Shown piece after piece: positions 11,501 through 20,885 of a DNA stretch of 64,000 bases. Position 1 is the stretch's first letter. Each line of letters begins with the position of its first letter. The stretch is taken from positions 27,492 to 91,491 of the IMG/VR virus record IMGVR_UViG_3300008108_007099; one strand, written 5' to 3'. The translations under genes were made by a program, and so were the position numbers. This DNA comes from a virus. The notes under the pieces are model-generated. The model did no database searches and had not been told where the DNA came from. It saw nothing but the letters and a program-made list of their open reading frames with translations.

Positions 11501-14500
11501 AAGTTTGACGGCAGCAAGCGGTCTTTCATCAGTTACTTACTATCCTTCTGGATCGGCTGTAATTGGAATAGCTTCTGGCGGAATCGTTGCACAGATGATG
11601 GGTAGCGGTTCTGTCACCACAAATGCAATTGCTAGCGGTTCTGTCACCACAAATGCATTAGCAAGCGGAGCAATTTCAGCAATCGTTGGAAGCGGAGCAA
11701 TTACTAGCGGCGATTTAGGAATCGCAACTGTGAATAACTTAAACATAGTAAGTGGAACCATAAGCAACGATAAACTTGTAAATAGCTCAATCACTATCAA
11801 TGGTGCATCAACAGCACTAGGTGGAAGTTATGCTAACGCTGCCTTGACACTGGGCACTGGTCTCACAGGTGGTTCATATAATGGTTCAGGTGCAGTCACT
11901 GCAGCTATCGCTTCGGGCGGTATTACAAACGAAATGATTGCAGACAATGCAATCACTACAAATGACATAGCTTCTGGTCAAGTAACTGGAGCCAAGATTG
12001 CTGCAACCACAGTGGCAAATGCTAATTTGGTCAATAGCGCAGTCACAATTGCAGGTTCTTCCACTGCACTAGGTGGTAGCTGGGCCGCAGCAGCTTTAAC
12101 TACCGCAAGCGGACTAGCAGCAGGAACTTATTATCCTTCAGGCGCTCTTACCATAGGAATTGCAACAGCTGGCGTAGTAAATGCGATGATTGCTAGTGGA
12201 GCGGTCACAGGCACAAGCATAGCCGCTTCAACTGTAGCAAATGCGAACTTAGTAAATAGTGCTGTAACAATTGCAGGTTCTTCAACATCCTTGGGTGGTT
12301 CTTGGGCTGCTCAAGCACTTACAACTGCCAGTGGTTTATTGGCAGGAACTTACTATCCATCTGGAGCACTCACTATTGGTTTAGCATCCGGTGGAATTAC
12401 AAGTCAATTAATTGCAGATGGGGCCGTTGGAACAAACGAGCTTGCCACAAGTGCAGTAACTAACGACAAAATTACAAGCGGAACTGTTGCTAATGACAAA
12501 CTTGCAAACAGCACAGTCACAATCGCTGGCTCGTCTACTGCCTTAGGTGGAAGCTGGGCTGCACAAAGTCTAACTGCCGCAAGCGGTTTATCTGCTGTAA
12601 CATATTATCCTTCCGGAGCGGCTGTTATAGGCATCGCTTCTGGTGGAATTATAGCACAAATGATGGGTAGTGGTTCTGTAACTGCTAATGCAATCGCTAG
12701 CGGTTCGGTTACTGCAAATGCACTAGCTAGCGGAGCAATATCAGCCATAGTTGGTAGTGGTGCAATTACCAGTGGAGATTTGGGAATTGGTGCAATTAAT
12801 AATCTAAACATATCCAGCGGAACAATTAGCAACGATAAGCTTGCAAATAGCTCTATTACAATTAACGGCGCTTCAACAGCGCTTGGTGGCAGCTATGCAA
12901 ATGCCGCTCTAACACTTGGAACTGGCTTAACTGGTGGTTCATACAATGGATCAGGTGCCGTAACTGCAGCTATAGCTTCCGGTGGCATAACAGGAGAAAT
13001 GATTGCTGACAACGCAATCACAACAAATGATATTGCGTCGGGACAGGTTACAGGAGCCAAGATTGCCGCAAGCACTGTGGCAAATGCAAATCTTGCAAAC
13101 AGCACAATTACAATCGCTGGATCTTCTACCGCCTTAGGCGCAAGCTGGGCAGCAGCAGCCCTAACAACTTCTAGCGGCTTGACTGCTGGTACTTACTATC
13201 CTTCAGGCGCTCTTACCATAGGGATTGCATCTGGCGGCATCGTTGCCCAAATGATGGGAAGTGGATCAGTTCTATCGGGTGCAATTGGCTCAGGGCAAAT
13301 TGGGCCAAATCATTTATCTTCCGGAATTAGCGTTACCACTGCCACAAAAATAAGTATAGAGGGAACAAACGCCAGCGGTCTATATCCTGTAGTATTTACA
13401 AGTGGCATCGCTAGTAGCAACCAAGCCTATTCATGCTCTGGACTATTTTACAATCCGGCACTCAGAAGCCTTGATATAGTTTGTTATTTGAGCGGCGGTA
13501 CAACCGGTGGCGTTTCAATATTCCCCGGCAACAATGGTACAGCAACGATTGTGGGTCAAAATGCAGCCAGAAACGGTGCCAGTACTGGTGCATTCAGCAC
13601 TATTATTGGCAGGGATGCACTTGCAAGCGGATCATCGGAGGCCAACAGCGTTATTATAGGATATAGGGCAGCATGGGGATCACAAGGTACCGGCGATAAC
13701 GTTATAATCGGCAAAGAGGCCGCAGCAAACGCTGTGGGAACTAGTTTAAGCGTTCTTATAGGTGATTCTGTTGCAAGTAGAGGATTTGGGAATGGTACTT
13801 TTGGTAACGTTGCTATCGGTGCCGCAGCTGGTACGACTGCTGATGGCGTATTAATGTATGAAAGTGTGCATGTTGGAAGGCAAGCCGGCTCAGCTGGCCC
13901 TGCATTAGCCAGCGGCACAAGTGGTGGTAGTAATATTTACTTAGGCGCATATACCATGCGTGGTAGCGACGGTGGTCGTTGGAACGAAATAGTAATTGGC
14001 TGCAATATGAGTGGCCTTGGTACTAACACCATCACTATGGGACGAACTGATACTGCTTCCGGTAGAATTTATGGAAATATCAACTTCCCATATGGAATTT
14101 CGTTCCCATCCGGCGGTATCACATCAGGTGGTGTTTTCACAGCTTCCCTAGGATCTGGATTGGTCCGAAGTGGAGCTATAAGCTCTGGTCAGATAGGAAT
14201 AAATCATCTCGCTGCAGGCGCATGGTCTGCCAACCAAGTCTTAGGTCAAGATGGCGCAGGCAATCTAGACTGGATTACACCAACTACAACAGTGAATAGT
14301 GGTGGAATTACTAGCGGCATGCTAGGAATTGCTTCAGTAAACAATATCAACATTGTTTCTGGAACCATAAGCAACGATAAACTTGCCAACAGTGCCGTCA
14401 CAATCGCTGGTTCTTCAACATCCTTGGGTGGTTCTTGGGCCGCACAAGCTCTGATACATGCCAGTGGTCTATCTGCCGTCACTTATTATCCTTCTGGACA

Positions 14501-15422
14501 GGCCGTTGTTGGCATAGCATCTGGCGGAATCGTAGGAGAAATGATTGCCGACAACGCAATCACAACAAATGATATTGCATCGGGACAAGTGACAGGCGCT
14601 AAAATTGCCGCTACCACTGTAGCAAATGCAAATCTCGTAAACAGTGCTGTTACAATAGCCGGTTCTTCTACGGCACTTGGTGCAAGCTGGGCCGCAGCAG
14701 CCCTAACAACAGCCAGTGGTCTTCTAGCCGGCACATACTATCCATCAGGTGCTCTGACCATCGGCATAGCCTCTGGCGGAATTACGAGCGAACTAATTGC
14801 AGATAATGCGGTTGGAACTAATGAAATTAGTAACGGATCAGTTACTAATGCCAAATTGCAAAATAGCGCAGTCACGATTGCTGGCTCATCTACTTCTCTC
14901 GGCGGTAGCTGGGCGGCTCAAGCTCTTACAACAGCAAGCGGACTAGCAGCAGGAACATACTATCCATCAGGCGCTTTGACGATAGGTATTGCTACAGCCG
15001 GTGTTGTAACTGCCATGATTGCTTCTGGCGCAGTTGGTAGCAACCAAATAGCTTCTGGCGCTGTCGGCGAACTACAGATGTCCAACACAGTTGCCAACAA
15101 GACAATTATTGGCGATATTCAGACAATAAGTGCCCAAACAGGCGCTTACACGTTAGCATCTGGTGACGCCGGTAAACTAATTACAGTTAATGCAGCTGGC
15201 GCAACCATAGTCACAATACCAACAAACGCTACTGTACCTTTTGCGGTTGGATCACACATCGACTTCATTCAGCTTGGTGCTGGACAGGTCACAATTAGCG
15301 GCAATACTGGTGTAACCATAAATTACACTCCCGGCAACAAGCTTAGAACCCAATACGCTGGTGCTTCTGTAATCAAGATTGCCACAGATACTTGGTGTTT
15401 AGTTGGCGATATTTCAACATAA
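8544..15422 (+). CDS. Giant SG-rich repeat fibre protein 3 with YadA-head-like repeats and phage fibre C-terminal domain
   Basis: 2292 aa with about 18 copies of the shared module. (S/N)VxIG repeats at ~13550-14040. C-terminal YTLASGDAGKLIT...LRTQYAGASVIKIATDTWCLVGD resembles phage fibre tip domains. Confidence 0.8.
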   Translation: MAVYTLQQFNDAVAAVCPITGVTVSGNGVLGYFPAAGATSGQLSAANGVVATYSGQVTSGTPQGPVASGSFNAAILFSGTVVSPNMGSGSILSNSIGSGAVTSPKLDVGAVGANAIASGAITSGKLADNAVFGNMVASGAITANKLGIASVMNLNLSSGSITNDKLVNSTVTIAGSSTALGGSWAAQSLTAASGLSSVTYYPSGTAIFGIASGGIVAQMMGSGSVTTNAIASGSITANLLASGAVTDIVGSGSVTSGDVGIGAINNLNIASGTISNDKLVNSAVTINGASTALGGSYNNSTLTLGAGLAGGSYNGSGAVTASVASGGITSQMLADSAVASGDVAIGAINNQNIASGTVANDKLTNNSVTIAGSSTALGGSWAAQSLVHASGLSAVTYYPSGSAVVGIASGGIVAQMMGSGSVTANAIASGSVTADALASGAISAIVGSGAITSGDLGLGAVNNLNVASGTLSNDKLVNSSVTIAGSSTALGGSWAASALTTASGLLAGTYYPSGSLTIGIASGGITSELLADGSVNTNDIASGAVGTNQIASGAITGTSISSGAITGANIASGTITGSKLAAATVQNANLANSSINIAALNVPLGGSWTPQALTTASGLLAGTFYVSGALTIGIASGGITSQLIADGAVNTNDIASGAVGTNQIASGAVTGTNIAATTVANANLVNSAVTIAGSSTSLGGSWAAQSLVHASGLSAVTYYPSGSAVVGIASGGIVAQMMGSGSVTANAIASGSVTADALASGAISAIVGSGAITSGDLGIGAVNNLNIASGTVANDKLANSTVTIAGSSTSLGGSWAAAALTTASGLAAGTYYPSGALTIGIATNGVVTAMIASGAVGTNQIASGAVTGTNIAATTVANANLVNSAVTIAGSSTSLGGSWAAAALTTSSGLLAGTYYPSGALTIGLASGGITSQLIADGAVGTNELATSAVTNDKITSGTVANDKLANSSVTIAGSSTALGGSWAAQSLTAASGLSSVTYYPSGSAVIGIASGGIVAQMMGSGSVTTNAIASGSVTTNALASGAISAIVGSGAITSGDLGIATVNNLNIVSGTISNDKLVNSSITINGASTALGGSYANAALTLGTGLTGGSYNGSGAVTAAIASGGITNEMIADNAITTNDIASGQVTGAKIAATTVANANLVNSAVTIAGSSTALGGSWAAAALTTASGLAAGTYYPSGALTIGIATAGVVNAMIASGAVTGTSIAASTVANANLVNSAVTIAGSSTSLGGSWAAQALTTASGLLAGTYYPSGALTIGLASGGITSQLIADGAVGTNELATSAVTNDKITSGTVANDKLANSTVTIAGSSTALGGSWAAQSLTAASGLSAVTYYPSGAAVIGIASGGIIAQMMGSGSVTANAIASGSVTANALASGAISAIVGSGAITSGDLGIGAINNLNISSGTISNDKLANSSITINGASTALGGSYANAALTLGTGLTGGSYNGSGAVTAAIASGGITGEMIADNAITTNDIASGQVTGAKIAASTVANANLANSTITIAGSSTALGASWAAAALTTSSGLTAGTYYPSGALTIGIASGGIVAQMMGSGSVLSGAIGSGQIGPNHLSSGISVTTATKISIEGTNASGLYPVVFTSGIASSNQAYSCSGLFYNPALRSLDIVCYLSGGTTGGVSIFPGNNGTATIVGQNAARNGASTGAFSTIIGRDALASGSSEANSVIIGYRAAWGSQGTGDNVIIGKEAAANAVGTSLSVLIGDSVASRGFGNGTFGNVAIGAAAGTTADGVLMYESVHVGRQAGSAGPALASGTSGGSNIYLGAYTMRGSDGGRWNEIVIGCNMSGLGTNTITMGRTDTASGRIYGNINFPYGISFPSGGITSGGVFTASLGSGLVRSGAISSGQIGINHLAAGAWSANQVLGQDGAGNLDWITPTTTVNSGGITSGMLGIASVNNINIVSGTISNDKLANSAVTIAGSSTSLGGSWAAQALIHASGLSAVTYYPSGQAVVGIASGGIVGEMIADNAITTNDIASGQVTGAKIAATTVANANLVNSAVTIAGSSTALGASWAAAALTTASGLLAGTYYPSGALTIGIASGGITSELIADNAVGTNEISNGSVTNAKLQNSAVTIAGSSTSLGGSWAAQALTTASGLAAGTYYPSGALTIGIATAGVVTAMIASGAVGSNQIASGAVGELQMSNTVANKTIIGDIQTISAQTGAYTLASGDAGKLITVNAAGATIVTIPTNATVPFAVGSHIDFIQLGAGQVTISGNTGVTINYTPGNKLRTQYAGASVIKIATDTWCLVGDIST

Positions 15423-15467
15423 TTAACTATATTATGGTAATTCGTAGGAGAAAGCGGTAGATTTAAA

Positions 15468-17702
15468 ATGCGTAGAGTAATGATATATTCGAGGCCTCAA
15501 TTCACCTCTACCCCTACGCCCACAGCTTCTCCTACGCCATCGCCTTCTCCATCTGCAACACCTGAACCAACGCCAGTTGCCTTAAATGCATTTTTGTACG
15601 GTTGGGGCGGCAACGGATACGGCCAACTTGGAAATAACACTTCTACTGATACCAGATTTGCTGTGCAAACTGTGATGTCATCCAATTTCTGGAATACAGT
15701 TTCTGATACTATTGACGGCAGCACATATGCAATTAAGACCGATCTAAGCATGTGGACATTTGGCTACAACGCATACGGTCAATTGGGCGACAATACAACT
15801 ACAGTCAGAAGTTCTCCAGTACAAGTAACGGGAAGCAACACCAACTGGGTAAACGTTAACGGCGGATTAAATCACGTTATTGGCATTAAGACGGACGGCA
15901 CTTTATGGACTTGGGGTCAGCTGTGGGAAATAGCAAATGCTGGCCAAACCCATACTTTAGGTCTTGCAGCAAACAATACTCTATGGGCATGGGGCGGAAA
16001 CGCCTACGGGGAACTTGGTACATCATCTACTAACAGTGCTTTAACGCCTGTACAGATTGGTACATCTACGGCTTGGAAGTATATAACAGCTGGATTCCAG
16101 AATTCTTATGCTGTTAAAACAGATGGTTCACTGTGGGGCTGGGGCAGAAACAATCTTGGCCAGCTTGGTCAAAACAATGTAACCAACCTTAGCAGCATGG
16201 TTCAGATTGGGACTGGCAACTGGGTAAGCATAGCTGCCGGCGGTGGTTTTATGCTAGGCGTTAAAAATGATGGCACTATGTGGTCAGTTGGCGATAATAC
16301 TTTTGGACAGTTGGGAATTGGATCTAGTACAACTGCATTTAGTAGCATAACACAAGTTACCGTTGGATCTACATCTTGGTCTAGCGTGAGCGCAGGTTAT
16401 CAATTCGGCGTTGCGTTGCAGAAAAATGGCACGATATGGACATTTGGAAGAAACCTCTATAGTGCTTTGGGCAATATTGCAAGTTTTGGTTCTACCAGCA
16501 TAAACACACCAGAACAAGTAACTACTACAGGCCTTTCATGGGTTTCAGTGGTTGCAGGCGGATATCATGTAAGTGCCCTAACATTAAGCACTCCTATACC
16601 AACAAGCAGTCCTGCTCCAACACAGGTTCCTACCGCTACAGCTACACCAGCTCCAACATCGAGTCCGGCTCCCACTCCATCTGTTACGCCAGTGCCAACA
16701 GCAAGTGCAACTCCTGCTCCATCTGCAAGTGCAACACCAGCACCAACTGCAAGCCGTACACCAACACCAACGGCAAGCCCTGTTCCTACGAATACAGCAA
16801 CACCGGCTCCAACCGCAAGTGTTACACCGAATCCGACACCGTCGCCGACTTCATTGCCTGCTCCAAGTCCAACTATAGATCCTACTGGCACTACCGTAGA
16901 ATTGTGCTTTACAGACGCAGTGACAAGAGTAAATGGCGATATTGGAGCAATTACCTTCTCAGGATTTAATCCTGCATATGGCACCCTATCTGTTGCCTCA
17001 TATAATTCCGGCAGCGGTACCTCATGTCTGATTTATGGTTTGAATCGACCTGCATACAGTGATGAAACAGCTATTACTATATCTTATGATTCATCTAACT
17101 GCTATCTTGCAAGGCTAAGTCCTTATCAATGTTTGCCGACCTACAACCTTGTGCCTGTAAATAATACCTCTACCAAGGCACCACCCACACCTACACCAAC
17201 GCCGTCAAGAAGTCCTTCTCCGACACCATCGAGAAGTCCTTCGCCAACTCCTTCGCCTTCGCCATCTGCAAGTGCGGCAGCTACGGCCACACCAACGCCT
17301 TCACCATCTGCTACAGGTGGCAGCCCAACTCCCACACCTACAGGATTCGCAGGCTGCTACTCGCAAGATGCTACCGGACTAATGGATGTAACAGCAACTA
17401 CATATGGATTTGACTTTAGCAACCAGTTTACCAAGGGAAGTTCTACATTCTTATTTACGGTACTTGCTGATTGCAATGATATAACATTTACAGTGTTTGT
17501 CGATAATCAGAGTGGCACTGGTGATGTTAAGATAGTTGCGCCAAACGGTGCTGAAACTTTAGTTGGAACTGGCACTACTGGATGCCAGCACTTTACAGGC
17601 GTCCAACAGGGAGAAACTGTAGCCGTAGGTAAAGGCACAGCCGGTGCTACATACGGCGCTGGTACAGTCACAGGCTACATAGTAACTGGCGGCGGTTGTT
17701 AA
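15468..17702 (+). CDS. RCC1-repeat beta-propeller protein with Pro/Thr/Ser-rich linkers and Cys-containing C-terminal domains
   Basis: Seven (L/M)WxWGxNxxGQLG-type repeats (third one truncated); PTPTPSP stalks; AGGAG upstream. Confidence 0.85.
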   Translation: MRRVMIYSRPQFTSTPTPTASPTPSPSPSATPEPTPVALNAFLYGWGGNGYGQLGNNTSTDTRFAVQTVMSSNFWNTVSDTIDGSTYAIKTDLSMWTFGYNAYGQLGDNTTTVRSSPVQVTGSNTNWVNVNGGLNHVIGIKTDGTLWTWGQLWEIANAGQTHTLGLAANNTLWAWGGNAYGELGTSSTNSALTPVQIGTSTAWKYITAGFQNSYAVKTDGSLWGWGRNNLGQLGQNNVTNLSSMVQIGTGNWVSIAAGGGFMLGVKNDGTMWSVGDNTFGQLGIGSSTTAFSSITQVTVGSTSWSSVSAGYQFGVALQKNGTIWTFGRNLYSALGNIASFGSTSINTPEQVTTTGLSWVSVVAGGYHVSALTLSTPIPTSSPAPTQVPTATATPAPTSSPAPTPSVTPVPTASATPAPSASATPAPTASRTPTPTASPVPTNTATPAPTASVTPNPTPSPTSLPAPSPTIDPTGTTVELCFTDAVTRVNGDIGAITFSGFNPAYGTLSVASYNSGSGTSCLIYGLNRPAYSDETAITISYDSSNCYLARLSPYQCLPTYNLVPVNNTSTKAPPTPTPTPSRSPSPTPSRSPSPTPSPSPSASAAATATPTPSPSATGGSPTPTPTGFAGCYSQDATGLMDVTATTYGFDFSNQFTKGSSTFLFTVLADCNDITFTVFVDNQSGTGDVKIVAPNGAETLVGTGTTGCQHFTGVQQGETVAVGKGTAGATYGAGTVTGYIVTGGGC

Positions 17703-17744
17703 TTACTAAAAACATACTATAATTCTTTATAAAGGAGAAATAGT

Positions 17745-18314
17745 ATGTTTTTTCATTTAGAAGCATTTCATGATAATGCAAAACAATTTTGTGAAATTAT
17801 CTCGAAGTTAAATTTTGTTGATAATACTTTCGGTCAAGAAGTTAAAAATTTCAATCATAAGCCTGAAGAATTAGCACAAGCTTTGAGCCATATTCTTGGC
17901 CGCCAACTTATTCACGCGGAAGAATCAGGCGTATATAGAAAACCTTTGCCTTTTATTCATTTCGAAAATTGGAATCCTCAAAGTGCTTTTAACGCGGCTA
18001 TAGCTCTTGAAGATACCAAATTCTTCACTTACAGACATAAAGAAACTAATGTCTATAACGTATTGCAAATGCCTGATAAGAATTTGGACATGGATCAGTT
18101 TATAAAAGATAATTCACAAAACTTTGACAATTGGGAAATTATAGCCGATATCAATCTAAAACAGGGAGATATGGTAGTTTTCCAGCCTTGGATTTGGCAT
18201 AGCTTCCAAGAAGGTAATTTAATTCAAGTATTCAGTTTCAATCGCAATGATAAACCATTAATCGAGGTTCCGGAGAGCTATGAAACTCCCGATGGTATCG
18301 TCCCTCCCGCCTAA
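17745..18314 (+). CDS. Putative 2OG-Fe(II) oxygenase-like protein (DUF6445-like)
   Basis: FIHFE (HxD/E) and distal GDMVVFQPWIWHSF His motif; strong SD AAGGAG. Confidence 0.55.
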   Translation: MFFHLEAFHDNAKQFCEIISKLNFVDNTFGQEVKNFNHKPEELAQALSHILGRQLIHAEESGVYRKPLPFIHFENWNPQSAFNAAIALEDTKFFTYRHKETNVYNVLQMPDKNLDMDQFIKDNSQNFDNWEIIADINLKQGDMVVFQPWIWHSFQEGNLIQVFSFNRNDKPLIEVPESYETPDGIVPPA

Positions 18315-18717
18315 CTTTAAAGAGTGCGGAGAGTGCCACAAATGCTGCGAAGGATGGGTGGGAGGAGATGCTTTTGGCGTTCCTTTTCACCCGCATAGAC
18401 CATGTGCTTTTCATCAAGGAAAGTGCTTGGTTTATTCATTCAGGCCCGATGTTTGCAAGAAATTCTTCTGTGCATGGGCACAGGGACTTTTTCCAGACTG
18501 GATGCGTCCTGATTTGACTAATGTTCTCATTTCAATAGGCGATTGGAGCAAAGGTCAGTACCTTAAAATAATTTTATGTGACACACCGATGCCGCAAAAT
18601 GTGGAAGAAGAGATTAAAAAGTTTATTAATTTGCATAAAACACCGTGCATGGTTCATGATAATGGGAAAACCGATTTATACGGACAGCCAGAATTTATCA
18701 AAGAATTTACTCAGTAA
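18280..18717 (+). CDS. YkgJ-like cysteine-cluster (Fe-S/Zn) protein
   Basis: CGECHKCC...PC...C.VY..RP.VC..F.C.W pattern. Confidence 0.7.
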   Translation: MKLPMVSSLPPNFKECGECHKCCEGWVGGDAFGVPFHPHRPCAFHQGKCLVYSFRPDVCKKFFCAWAQGLFPDWMRPDLTNVLISIGDWSKGQYLKIILCDTPMPQNVEEEIKKFINLHKTPCMVHDNGKTDLYGQPEFIKEFTQ

Positions 18718-19409
18718 ACCTTGCTGCAAATCCTTACTTCCTCTTCGGTTTTATCCCTGTTTACTATTGTAGACCCCTCAGAAACATCGTACGCGAACAA
18801 ACCAAGTTGCACCTGAGTGTATACATCAGCGCGCATAAAAACATCAATGCTACGAGTGACGCCACTAGCTATAACATTAGCCATTAACCTTCGCGCTATA
18901 AAAGGGTCTACAGAATAAGCATGCGCCTTGTATAAACAATTTAATCCTTCCCATTTTAAATGGACCGGCACGGGTGCTATTTGTAACTTACCTTGCTGCT
19001 GTTCTTCACAGCCCAAATATATAATTGCATTTAATGCCGGATGCTCAGTAAATGGCTTTACCATAACTGCATCATGTTCTAAAATTACAATTGGTTCATC
19101 GAGTTCGATACACTTAGCCCACAATGACACATGCCCTAAAAATGCAGCTACTTCGCCATTTTTAAGAGCACTATTTGGACACTTTATCCATTTCAACCAC
19201 GGTTCGTTTTCCAAGTGTTTAGGAGCAATAATTCCTTCGCCTGTGCCGTCAAAACCATTCCACAGCACGTATTTTTGTCCGACTTCTTCGCAAGATTTTA
19301 CACAGCGCTTAGTCATCCTTTCGGATTGAGCGTTTCCCGGCAATGTTAAAATATAAGCCTTATCTACTTTTACGTTATAGGCGTAAGATAAACTTTCTCT
19401 CATGTTCAT
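18711..19409 (-). CDS. Glycosyltransferase family 25
   Basis: AYILTL, FDG, E.A.FLGH.SLW..C, ILEHDA, AHAYSVDP. Start moved to 19409 (ATGA overlap with the upstream stop). Confidence 0.8.
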   Translation of the reverse strand: MNMRESLSYAYNVKVDKAYILTLPGNAQSERMTKRCVKSCEEVGQKYVLWNGFDGTGEGIIAPKHLENEPWLKWIKCPNSALKNGEVAAFLGHVSLWAKCIELDEPIVILEHDAVMVKPFTEHPALNAIIYLGCEEQQQGKLQIAPVPVHLKWEGLNCLYKAHAYSVDPFIARRLMANVIASGVTRSIDVFMRADVYTQVQLGLFAYDVSEGSTIVNRDKTEEEVRICSKVY

Positions 19410-20089
19410 TCTTTGGTTTTCCTTAATTCCGGAATAGTAGTTTGGCCCGGTACATCCATCGCAAATATGCCAAAGCAAAGAAAACTGCAACGGTTCAAGC
19501 TCATCATGCAATCGGCTGAGGTGTGTATTCCTCTCTCTAACACATGTGAAACTAAATTCTTAGCAGCGCACGGATCAATACTGTAAGCGTGCGTTCTAAG
19601 TAAGTGTCTATAGTCTTTATTAAGTTGCGCATGAGGAGGAATTATACTCCAAAAGTTATTTCTAACCATCTCTTGACATCCGAGATATATAATACTATTT
19701 ATGGCCATATGATGGGTAAATTTTTGCAACATTACCGCGTCATGTTCCAACGCAATTAACGGTTTATCTAATTCTATACAACGGCACCACAAGCTAAAGT
19801 GACTGAGCAAGCAACAAACTTCTTGAGGTGTCAATTCATGATTTATTTGCTTTAACCAAGAAAGCCAAGTTTTTTCCTGAGCATGCGGAGGGACAACTAT
19901 TCCCTGCATCATATTTCCAGTGCCATCAAAAGCATCCCAGTATTCAGCTTTCTGGCCAACCTTTAGGCACGAATCCATACACCTTCGTGCCATTTTTTCG
20001 CTTAGATCGTGGTTTCTGATACGTATGATGTACGCATTCTCCACTTCGGGATTGTGCGACCAAGACAGAGTTTTGTTTAATACTTTCAT
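19406..20089 (-). CDS. Glycosyltransferase family 25 (paralogue of the adjacent gene)
   Basis: AYIIRI, DAFDG, EVCCLLSHFSLW, LEHDA, THAYSIDP. Confidence 0.8.
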   Translation of the reverse strand: MKVLNKTLSWSHNPEVENAYIIRIRNHDLSEKMARRCMDSCLKVGQKAEYWDAFDGTGNMMQGIVVPPHAQEKTWLSWLKQINHELTPQEVCCLLSHFSLWCRCIELDKPLIALEHDAVMLQKFTHHMAINSIIYLGCQEMVRNNFWSIIPPHAQLNKDYRHLLRTHAYSIDPCAAKNLVSHVLERGIHTSADCMMSLNRCSFLCFGIFAMDVPGQTTIPELRKTKE

Positions 20090-20090
20090 A

Positions 20091-20885
20091 TTAATATTTT
20101 AGGTTAAATTGATTGTAATGAGATTCCAAAAAAGATCCCAACACTTCTTTGGCTGGCCTGCTTGTTTTGCTCAAATTCTTTCTTATATCATGAAGATTTT
20201 TAAGCCCCCAAGCAGCGTCTTTTTCTTCAGCGCAATAATTATGAATATTATCAAATTGATGATCTGCAAATTCATCTATTTCTAAAAATTTATACATATT
20301 GCGCAAAACGTTTTTAGGATTTTTGATTAAATCATCATATTCAACAATGAACAAATTACTCAAGCAGTTTTTTATGCCATGGGTCATGCTATTGTAAGGG
20401 TCGGATACATAATTTTCCCAAAGTATTTTTGCGCGGTTGGCAGTATTAACAGGCAATCCTTTATTGCGCAATTCAATATCTACAAAATTATTTGGGTCAG
20501 AATTCTTTTCAATCAGTGCAATGTAGCTTGTTAAAATATCAGCTACTGGTCTATTAGTGCAAATAATTTTCGGATTAGGATCGAAGAAAATTCTTAACGG
20601 AACAATATTTTTTGGATAACCTCTATGCTTATCTAAAATGTAAGGAGTTGTTATGTTTTCATAAAAACCGGATATTAAAGCCTTATAGATATTTTTTGAT
20701 ATAGTATGATAATCAAATGTATATGTCTTGTTCACCATATCTAAAGCGCCATTTGTGGCGCAAAGAAGATCAAGAATTGGACTAGTTGGTGTTACTGTAA
20801 ATCTTGTATCTTGACCAATAAGACTTCCTAAAAGCGTAGATCCGCTTCTCGGTAATCCAGATAAGAAGAAAACTTTTTTATTCAC
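20091..20885 (-). CDS. Sulfotransferase
   Basis: PAPS-binding GLPRSGSTLL, DKHR, RPVADILTS, VEYDDL. Confidence 0.85.
   Translation of the reverse strand: MNKKVFFLSGLPRSGSTLLGSLIGQDTRFTVTPTSPILDLLCATNGALDMVNKTYTFDYHTISKNIYKALISGFYENITTPYILDKHRGYPKNIVPLRIFFDPNPKIICTNRPVADILTSYIALIEKNSDPNNFVDIELRNKGLPVNTANRAKILWENYVSDPYNSMTHGIKNCLSNLFIVEYDDLIKNPKNVLRNMYKFLEIDEFADHQFDNIHNYCAEEKDAAWGLKNLHDIRKNLSKTSRPAKEVLGSFLESHYNQFNLKY

Noticed and set aside
1-15422. CRISPR array or non-coding repeat array
   Set aside because: The repeats are in frame, vary at third codon positions and have no unique spacers.
836-17335. Many long minus-strand ORFs within the fibre and RCC1 genes
   Set aside because: Antisense shadows of Ser/Gly/Ala/Thr-rich repetitive codons, with no independent motifs.
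7740-17702. Diversity-generating retroelement acting on fibre tips
   Set aside because: No reverse transcriptase and no adenine-variable TR/VR pair seen in this window.
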